Made by a program: the position numbers and the translations under genes | Shown here: positions 56,481 through 64,000 of the stretch, piece after piece | Numbering within the stretch: position 1 is the first letter of the stretch | Layout: every line of letters begins with the position of its first letter | Assembly (NCBI GenBank): GCA_965224025.1 | Contig: OZ245033.1 | Coordinates: 256,001-320,000 of the forward strand | DNA length: 64,000 bases | DNA from: Candidatus Multivorans sp. | Lineage (GTDB): Bacteria > Acidobacteriota > Thermoanaerobaculia > Multivoradales > Multivoraceae | Direction: 5' to 3' | Notes under the pieces: model-generated | What the model was told of the DNA's origin: nothing | Databases searched by the model: none | What the model saw: the letters and a program-made list of their open reading frames with translations, nothing else

Positions 56481-57740
56481 ATGCCGAAGCGGGTTACCGA
56501 GACGCCGACGAACTACGAGCGGCCGTACCGGCCGCTTCCGGTCGCGCTGCTGAATGCCGCCGGGCGGGCGGGCGGCCATCTTGGCCTGCGCGGAGAGCTG
56601 GACGTCGGCTCGATGATCGCAAGGGCGCGGAGGAGGACGGGGCTCGCCAGCTTCGGCGACGAGTGGTTCATGGAACCGCTGTCCGTGCTCGTCCGTTCGA
56701 TCAACGAGGAGGCCGGCCTCACGACCCTGGGCCGCTTCATCCAGAAGCGGCGGATCGAAGGTCTGCTGGCAACGCGCCTGCGGGTCGAGGAGCTGATCCG
56801 CAGGCACCCGGAGATACGCGACATCGACCTCGGCAGCGTCGTCGTGATCGCCGGCCTCCAGCGGACGGGCACGACCACGCTGCACCGGCTGATCGCGTCC
56901 CACCCGGACATGCGCGCCGTCACGGCCTGGGAAGGACTGAATCCGATGCCCCTGCCGCGCGAGGAACCGGGAGACCCTCACGCCCGGATCCGGCAGGCCC
57001 TCCTCGCCGAACGCGCAATCGCCTACCTGGCCCCCGCCTTCTTCGCCGTGCATCCCGCCGAACACGACGCCCCCGAGGAGGACGTGCTTCTGCTCGACGT
57101 GTCCTTCATGAGCCAGTCGGCCGAGGCGACGATGCATGTGCCGACCTACGCGCGCTGGCTCGAAGAACACGACCACACGAGAACGTATGAGGAGTTCCGC
57201 ACCCTGCTCCAGGTCCTGCACTGGCAACGTCCACGCCGTCACTCGGTGCTCAAGACACCGCACCACATGGAGTACCTGGACACCGTCCTCGCGGTGTTCC
57301 CGACCGCCACGATCGTGCAGACGCACCGCGATCCCCTGAAGACCATCCCCTCCTTCTGCAGCATGGTCGCCCACGGCCGGGGGATGTTCAGCGACCGCGT
57401 GGAACCGGGGGAAATCGGCGCGCACTGGCTGGCCAAGACCTGCCGCCTGATCGAGCGCACCGCCGGCGCCCGGGAAGCGGCGGACCCGCGCCGTTTCGTC
57501 GACGTCTCTTACTACGACCTCGTCAGCGACCCCATGGCGCAGCTATGCCGGGTCTACGAACGGGCCGGCATCCCCTTCGGCCCGAACGCGGTGAGCGCCG
57601 CCGAGCGCACCGCGGGCCGCAACGTCCAGCACCGCTACGGACGGCATGTCTACGATGCGGAGAGCTTCGGCCTGACCCGCGAGGCAATCGAGCGCGCCAT
57701 CAAGTCCTACCGGCGCAGGCACAGCATTCCCTACGAGTAG
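56481..57740 (+). CDS. Sulfotransferase (Sulfotransfer_3 type)
   Basis: PAPS-binding loop GLQRTGTTTL, VLKTPHH, THRDP..SFCS, YYDLVSDP. Confidence 0.9.
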   Translation: MPKRVTETPTNYERPYRPLPVALLNAAGRAGGHLGLRGELDVGSMIARARRRTGLASFGDEWFMEPLSVLVRSINEEAGLTTLGRFIQKRRIEGLLATRLRVEELIRRHPEIRDIDLGSVVVIAGLQRTGTTTLHRLIASHPDMRAVTAWEGLNPMPLPREEPGDPHARIRQALLAERAIAYLAPAFFAVHPAEHDAPEEDVLLLDVSFMSQSAEATMHVPTYARWLEEHDHTRTYEEFRTLLQVLHWQRPRRHSVLKTPHHMEYLDTVLAVFPTATIVQTHRDPLKTIPSFCSMVAHGRGMFSDRVEPGEIGAHWLAKTCRLIERTAGAREAADPRRFVDVSYYDLVSDPMAQLCRVYERAGIPFGPNAVSAAERTAGRNVQHRYGRHVYDAESFGLTREAIERAIKSYRRRHSIPYE

Positions 57741-57754
57741 GCTGCCCACCCATC

Positions 57755-58732
57755 GTGAAAAAGCTCTTCAAGGTTCTCCGCAAGGCGGTCACGGACCGCG
57801 CAGCCGAGCGCGCCGAGATCGAGCCGCTGCCGGCTTCCGCGCGAATCGACGGCAAGACCTGCCTGCTGACGGGGGCCAACAGCGGTCTCGGCAAGGCCGT
57901 CGCCATCGATCTGGCCCGGCGCGGCGGCCACGTCCTGATGGCCTGCCGGAGCGGCCACCCCGACGCGGGCGAAGACGTCAAGGCCGCCTCCGGCTCCGAC
58001 CGGGTCGAGATGCTGCGGGTCGATCTCTCCGACATGCGTTCGGTGCACCGCCTCTGCGACGAACTGCGCGACCGGGGAACAGTTCTCGACATCGCGGTCC
58101 TCAACGCCGGCGTCGTGCCGCGCCGCGCGCGCCGGACACCGCAGGGCTTCGAACTCATGTTCGCCGTCCACTTCCTGGCCAACCGCCTCCTCGTCGACCG
58201 CTGGTTGGGAGACGGAACGGTCCGCCCGGCGGCCAGGATCGAGGACGCACCCCGCATCGTCCTCGTCTCTTCCGACGCTCACCGCTCCGCCGAGCCGATC
58301 GACTTCGACCGTTTCGGCGAGTTCACGGACTACGGTGTCCGGGACGGGATCAAGCACTACGGCGCCAGCAAGCTCGTCCTCTGCACGTACGCGACCGAAC
58401 TTTCGCGCCGCCTGAACGGCGACGGCGAGGACCACGTCGTGGTGCACTCGCTCTGTCCCGGCCCCGTCAACACCGCCATCGCGCGCGAAGCGCCGTGGTT
58501 CCTGAAGCCCCTGGTGGTTCCGATGATGAAGCTCTTCTTCCTGGCGCCGGAGAAGGCCGCCCTGCCCGTGAGCTACCTCTGCTGCGCCGACGACGCCGGC
58601 GAACGCACCGGCATCTACCTTCACATGCTGCGCGAGAAGCGCCCGTCCGAGCACGCGACCGACCGTTCCAACGGCGCACGACTCTGGCAGGCGAGCACCG
58701 AATTCGTACGCAGCCACAGCCCCCAAGCATGA
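57755..58732 (+). CDS. SDR oxidoreductase (retinol dehydrogenase-like)
   Basis: TGANSGLG, LNAG, VSS, YGASK. Confidence 0.88.
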   Translation: MKKLFKVLRKAVTDRAAERAEIEPLPASARIDGKTCLLTGANSGLGKAVAIDLARRGGHVLMACRSGHPDAGEDVKAASGSDRVEMLRVDLSDMRSVHRLCDELRDRGTVLDIAVLNAGVVPRRARRTPQGFELMFAVHFLANRLLVDRWLGDGTVRPAARIEDAPRIVLVSSDAHRSAEPIDFDRFGEFTDYGVRDGIKHYGASKLVLCTYATELSRRLNGDGEDHVVVHSLCPGPVNTAIAREAPWFLKPLVVPMMKLFFLAPEKAALPVSYLCCADDAGERTGIYLHMLREKRPSEHATDRSNGARLWQASTEFVRSHSPQA

Positions 58733-58743
58733 CCGCGGAGAGA

Positions 58744-60315
58744 CTAAGGGCTCGGGGCCGACACACTCTTCGTCAAAGTAAGGTGATTCCAGGCGCCCTG
58801 CCGAGAGTACTCGACGTGATCCGCAAACTCGAGCACCAACTGGACGCCGACGCCGCCACCCTCGACACGATCCGCGAGAAACGCCTCCAGGTCTGCCTCC
58901 AGCGATCGGGCGAGAGGATCGAACTCCCGGCCGTCGTCGAAAATGTGAACAACGAGCGTCCGGGTGGCCTCCTTGAACACAAGGTCGACATGGATCTCGT
59001 GTTCCGCCGCGTCGTTGAATCCATAGTTGATGGTATTCATCACCCACTCTTCCAGAGCCAATTGGATCTGGAACAGGGGCCTGTCAGCGCACCTGTGGCC
59101 TGCCGCGAAGGTACTTAGGTCACTTGCCAGACGTTCGAGCTCGGAACTGTCGTTCTTCAGTACAAGGCACAGAGCCTCCGTCGAACCGTCTCCTTCGACT
59201 TTCACCGGCGCGTGGACCCGCACCGGCGGTGGAGGCGCACCACTGACGATTCCCCTCAATTCGGCCACATCAATGACCGTCCTCACAGAGTGCATCGCGC
59301 TCTTCGGCGGCCAGGACTCTTCGGGGTCATTCAGGATGACTTGCTTTATCTGCTTGAAGAGATCGGCGACCAGCGGCGTACTCCTGATCGCGCCGAAGGC
59401 CGACTCCTTCTCCCGCAGCATCATGTGACGGTAGAGCGTCATGTACGACACGGCGCCATCGCCGGCCAGATCGAAAACGTCCATGAGCGTATCGGCCCCG
59501 TCCGGCGGCAGATTCGCCGTGCGCTGCAGTTCCGCAAGCACTTCAGGACCGATGGAGTTCTCATCCAGGTCCTCCTCGATCCGGTGAAGCGCTCCCAGGA
59601 TGGCGTAGTAGTCCGGCCGCGGCGGCTGCGTGAAACTCCAGAGAGGTCTTACTGGATTCTTAAGGTAGTGGGGTTCACCCGGCTTGTGCTCACGGCCCAG
59701 GATGGCGTTGCGATGGGGAAAACGCCCGTAAACCATCAAGGCGTCCGAATGCTCGATAAAGGCCTTGATGAAGTACCAACCGATGTATTGGTTGATTTTG
59801 CGGCGGCCCGACGAAACGCCGGCCACCAGCTCCTCGCTCCACCGAACGGATTCTCTGACACACATCTCCTGCAACTCGAGCTCCTCGGGATGCGAAAGCG
59901 GCAAGAACGCCCAGAAACGCTCGATGCTGTTGTACTCGCTCGAGTACCAATGCGAGGCGCATAGATGCTCGGCCAGGCGCCCCGTGATGGAGTCAGTCGC
60001 ATAGGCCGCAGGCGTGCCCCGGTAAACGCTGCGCGGGAACTGGTCGAGCACGATGAGCTTCGCCAACATGCCCTTGGGGGTCTCCCACACCGGATCGAAG
60101 AAGAACCTGTCGATGCCTTCTCGATGGATCTGCTCGCACCAGTCACGCTGTGCGTTGAAGAATCCCCTATCCTCCGCGCTACGGGCGAATGGACCGACCC
60201 TCCACTTCAACATCCGGTCGCGCCAACTGTCCCGGCTGGCGGCAGCTTCAGAGCGCAGCGGCCCCAACCAGAAGTCAAGAACCGCTTCGGGCGTCCTTGC
60301 CTGTATCGTCGTCAA
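58744..60315 (-). CDS. DUF924 domain fused to an anti-sigma/RsbW-type HATPase
   Basis: VLDFW, LIVLDQFPR, ERFWAFLPLSHPE, YGRFPHRNAILGR; C-terminal LALEEWVMN, DDGREFDP, GGVGVQLV. Confidence 0.8.
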   Translation of the reverse strand: MTTIQARTPEAVLDFWLGPLRSEAAASRDSWRDRMLKWRVGPFARSAEDRGFFNAQRDWCEQIHREGIDRFFFDPVWETPKGMLAKLIVLDQFPRSVYRGTPAAYATDSITGRLAEHLCASHWYSSEYNSIERFWAFLPLSHPEELELQEMCVRESVRWSEELVAGVSSGRRKINQYIGWYFIKAFIEHSDALMVYGRFPHRNAILGREHKPGEPHYLKNPVRPLWSFTQPPRPDYYAILGALHRIEEDLDENSIGPEVLAELQRTANLPPDGADTLMDVFDLAGDGAVSYMTLYRHMMLREKESAFGAIRSTPLVADLFKQIKQVILNDPEESWPPKSAMHSVRTVIDVAELRGIVSGAPPPPVRVHAPVKVEGDGSTEALCLVLKNDSSELERLASDLSTFAAGHRCADRPLFQIQLALEEWVMNTINYGFNDAAEHEIHVDLVFKEATRTLVVHIFDDGREFDPLARSLEADLEAFLADRVEGGGVGVQLVLEFADHVEYSRQGAWNHLTLTKSVSAPSP

Positions 60316-60472
60316 CGGTGCTCGCGGCGCATCAAGGTTCCAGTACCGGCGGATGACGCTAGCCTTGACTCAAACCGGGCACAATCGCAATTTTACGGGG
60401 CCACCTGCAGATCGGCCTGGCCATTCCCCACCCCCGACGAAGGCACACCGATCGCTTCCTGAAGCTGACGCC

Positions 60473-61471
60473 ATGACCCACCGATCGACATCCGCGCTCT
60501 CCAAGGCGCTCCACCACATGGTCGAGCTCTGCTCGCGCAAGCCGATGGCAGAGCAGGTCGACATGTTGGGCAGAAAGGTGATCGTCACCGGCGCGACGCC
60601 CGCGTCGATCGGTTACGAGGTCGCGAAGACGCTGGCCGCCTGGGGCGCCGATGTCGCGGTTACCTGCCCGCGCGACAGCACCGCCGCGAAGGAGGCCCTG
60701 CTGCGGGACCTGCGGGAAGCCGGACACCGCCCGAACGGAATCGAGGCCCACGGCCTGGATCTAGCCGACGCCCGAAGCGTCGCGGAATTCGCCGCCTGGT
60801 ACCGGGAGAAGTCCGGCGGCCGCCTGGACGTGCTGATCAACAACGCCGGCATCCTCCGGGATGTGCTCTGGCGCTGGCGCGAGCGCAGGGTCTCCGCCGA
60901 CGGGTTCGAGATCCACTGGCGGACAAACTACCTCGGCACGTTCCACCTGACGCGCCTCCTGCTGCCGATGCTTCGCGGGTCCGGCCGGCAGAGCGGCGAC
61001 GCGCGGGTGATCAACGTCTCCTCGCACCAGCACGACAAGGGCAGCAACGACCGCCTCTTCGGGGATTCCGGCAGGTTGGACTCCTGGACCGCCTACGGCC
61101 AGTCCAAGCTGGCGCTGATCCACCACAGTTTCGAGTTGCACCGCCGCTACGCCGCGAACTACAACCTCCGAACCGCCGCCCTGCATCCGGGGTCGGCCTA
61201 CTCGAACATGACCTTCGGCTGGCAGGACGAACCCCGCTGGCTCAGACGGACAAAGCGTCTGGCCACCCCACTGGCGCCGCTGATTCTCCTGACCCCGGCC
61301 CAGGCCGCTCAGACCACGATCCACTGCGCGACCGATCCTCACCTGGAAGGCGGCCACTACTATGAGCGCTGCGCCAGGGCCGAGCCCATCCCTGACGCTC
61401 GGGACGAAGCAGCGTCACGACGCCTTTGGGAGGAATCGGACCGCTGGTTCCGGTCGCTCGGCCAGGAGTAG
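60473..61471 (+). CDS. SDR oxidoreductase (retinol dehydrogenase-like)
   Basis: TGATPASIG, INNAG, NYLG, VSS, YGQSK, LHPG. Confidence 0.88.
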   Translation: MTHRSTSALSKALHHMVELCSRKPMAEQVDMLGRKVIVTGATPASIGYEVAKTLAAWGADVAVTCPRDSTAAKEALLRDLREAGHRPNGIEAHGLDLADARSVAEFAAWYREKSGGRLDVLINNAGILRDVLWRWRERRVSADGFEIHWRTNYLGTFHLTRLLLPMLRGSGRQSGDARVINVSSHQHDKGSNDRLFGDSGRLDSWTAYGQSKLALIHHSFELHRRYAANYNLRTAALHPGSAYSNMTFGWQDEPRWLRRTKRLATPLAPLILLTPAQAAQTTIHCATDPHLEGGHYYERCARAEPIPDARDEAASRRLWEESDRWFRSLGQE

Positions 61472-61492
61472 ACACGACGAGGAGGCCCCCGG

Positions 61493-61942
61493 ATGTTCAA
61501 GCGCTCCATCGATTCGGAACCGGTAGAGATCGACGCTCCCATCGAGGTGGCCTGGGAGCTCCTGGTCGATCTCGACCGCTACCACGAGTGGAATCCCTTC
61601 GCCCGGACCTACACCAAGACCGATGTCCGCGTGGGCTCCCCCATCCACTTCGACGTCAAGCTGGACCGCTACAACCGGAAGCAGACCGAGCGCATCGCGA
61701 TCATCGAACCGCCGACCCGTCTGGCCTGGAGCACGAACGTCGCCCTCGGGCTCGTGAAGGCGCTGCGCGTACAGCGACTCGAGAAGCGAAGCGAGACGAG
61801 CTGCACCTACTTCAACACCGACGCCCTCGAAGGGCCACTGGCGCCGATGGCCCGGCTCCTGTTCGGCGGCGCCATGCACCGTGGCTTCGCAACCGTCGGC
61901 AGGGCGCTCAAGCAGACGGCGGAGGAACGGCACAGCCGCTAG
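61493..61942 (+). CDS. SRPBCC/START-like protein
   Basis: VEIDAPIEVAWELLVDLDRYHEWNPF, C-terminal ALKQTAE helix. Confidence 0.85.
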   Translation: MFKRSIDSEPVEIDAPIEVAWELLVDLDRYHEWNPFARTYTKTDVRVGSPIHFDVKLDRYNRKQTERIAIIEPPTRLAWSTNVALGLVKALRVQRLEKRSETSCTYFNTDALEGPLAPMARLLFGGAMHRGFATVGRALKQTAEERHSR

Positions 61943-62052
61943 CGGCCCACGACGTCGCGGCGCGCCGGCGTCACCCGCCCGCGTTGGGTCCGGACTCGGC
62001 CGGGGCTGCAGCCTGCTTTCCCAGAGGCTTCGGACCAGTGCGATACTGCGGG

Positions 62053-64000
62053 ATGCGTGTCCCGCAGGACCGGAACGAAACCGAGTCTTCGACGAAGAAG
62101 GGGCTGAGCCGGCGAGGTCTGCTCGGACTGTTGGCGGCGGTCGTTTCGCTCCCGAAGCGGATTGGACGGGCCGGGGCAGCGCAGCAGGAAGCGGGTGGTC
62201 GCGGCGAAGGCAACCAAGTCGACCGGTGGCACCGAACACATGATCGGGTGTGGCTCGGGGAGTCGTTCTGGGCCAATCCGATGGAGGACTGGCTGGTTGT
62301 AGACGGTGCGGCGGAGGTGCAGACGTCGGGTGGCGACCGGAATGTGCACTTGATCACGCATCGACTGACGGGCGAGCAGGGGCGGTTTCGGATGTCGGTG
62401 CGCTGCCGGCGGGTGGAAGCTGGGGAGCGCGACGGAGGCGCAGGGTTCCGGATCGGAGTCCGCAACCTGATCGACGACCACCGCAGCAACTGCTTTGCCC
62501 GTGGCGTTGGGGTCGATGGCGGACTGGTCGATGGACGGCTGGTGCTGGGTGGAGCGGACGCAGAGGTAGTCGTCGGTGACGCGGTCGCAATGGAAGGCCT
62601 CACGTTGCTGCTCGAAGGGCGGACGGAAGGCGGCGACTGTCAACTCAGCCTGAAGGCGCGGAGCGCCTCCGGAGCCGAGTTGGGCAGCGTCACCCACACC
62701 CTTCCGGCAGCCGACATCGCAGGCAACGTCGCCATCGTCAGCAACTTCGACCGGGACATCCCGAAGGGTGAGGGCGCCCGCTACCGGTTCAGCGAGTGGA
62801 CGGCGGACGGGGATGCGTTCGCGGTCGAGGAGGACCGCCGGTTCGGGCCGATCCTGTGGTCGATGTACTCGATGAGCGACTCCCGCGGTGACGAAGGGTT
62901 CGTGGTCAAGTTGACGGCGCTGGTGCCGCCGCTGGGCGCCAACGACGACCGGCGGGTCGAGCTGCTGACGGAGCACGATGGGGAATGGCGGTCCCAAGGC
63001 TTCGCCGAGCTCGACCCGGACGCCTGGACGGCGACGTTCCGTCTCTCTAACTGGAACGAGCGAGAGGCCACGCCGTTCCGGGTCGTCTACCGGGAACGCC
63101 ACACCGACGGCGGCGAGACGGCGCACGAATGGCTCGGGTCGATCCGGGCCAATCCCGCCGGCCGGCCGCTGCGGCTGGCGGGTCTCACCTGCCAGAACGA
63201 CTACTCGTTCCCCTACGCGCCGATCGCCGACCACGTCCTTGAGCTCGATCCCGACCTGCTCTTCTTCTCCGGCGACCAGCTTTACGAGAACCACGGCGGC
63301 TACGGGCTGATCCGCGACCCGGCCGGACCGGCGATCCTCAACTACCTGCGCAAGTACTACCAGTTCGGCTGGGCGTTCCGCGAGGCGATGCGCGACCGGC
63401 CGACGCTGTGCATCCCGGACGACCACGACGTGTTCCAGGGCAACATCTGGGGTGAGAGCGGCAAGGCGATGGACACCGGCCGGGGCACGTCCTCGCTCGG
63501 CGGGTACCGGAACCGGCGCGGATGGTCAACGTGGTCCACCGCACGAACGCGTCGCACCACCCGGACCCGTTCGACCCGGCGCCGGTCGAGCAGGACATCA
63601 GCGTCTACTACGGCGACATGGTCTACGGCGGCGTGGGGTTCGCGATCCTCGCCGACCGGCAGTTCAAGAGCGGGCCTGAGCACGTGGACACCGGTCCCGG
63701 GCGGGCGGACCATGTGCTCGACGCCGACCTGGACACCTCGACTCTCGACCAGCCCGGCCTCGCCCTGCTCGGCGCGCGGCAGGAAGAGTTCCTGGAGCAG
63801 TGGGCCGGCGACTGGCGCGGCCACACGATGAAGGTGCTGCTCAGCCAGACCGTCTTCGCGGGCGTTGCCACCCATCACGGCGGCTACGACGACTACCTGA
63901 TCGCGGATCTCGACTGCGGCGGCTGGCCGCAGACTCCGCGCAACCGGCTCCTCCGCATTCTCAGGGAGGCGAAGTGCCTGCACGTCTGCGGCGACCAGCA
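62053..64000 (+). CDS. Tat-exported PhoD-like phosphatase, 3'-partial, frameshift near 63510
   Basis: SRRGLL Tat motif, [18 protein letters not shown]; after a one-base shift continues [23 protein letters not shown]. Confidence 0.75.

Noticed and set aside
61426-62052. N-terminal extension of the PhoD-like ORF
   Set aside because: Overlaps the SDR and SRPBCC genes; the Tat motif indicates a start near 62053

Overview
High-GC bacterial chromosomal window. Gene content (Oar-type TonB-dependent receptor, DUF6152, DUF3604, NHL/ankyrin/TPR proteins, many TA modules) suggests an Acidobacteria-like, possibly host-associated organism; this is inference. No rRNA, tRNA or CRISPR array was seen. Main observations: (1) Two 1710-bp IS110 elements sit at the same CC core of a REP-like palindrome; each has a readable bridge RNA whose four guides match target and donor, and copy 2 has a one-base guide variant matching a neighbouring repeat variant. 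(2) An IS1595-type element (24-bp TIRs, 8-bp TSD) carrying a methyltransferase-Mrr fusion splits gabD. (3) A candidate selenoprotein (in-frame UGA in a U-L-C motif, C-terminal DsbD-N-like domain) lies behind a TonB receptor and a eukaryote-like cysteine dioxygenase. (4) A His-rich metal operon has a P1B-ATPase fused to an HflK/SPFH domain, followed by a coupled 22-aa His-rich mini-ORF, HflC and HflK. (5) REP-like repeats are inserted in frame in several proteins and lie near several eroded genes. Family assignments come from motif recognition by eye, not database searches.
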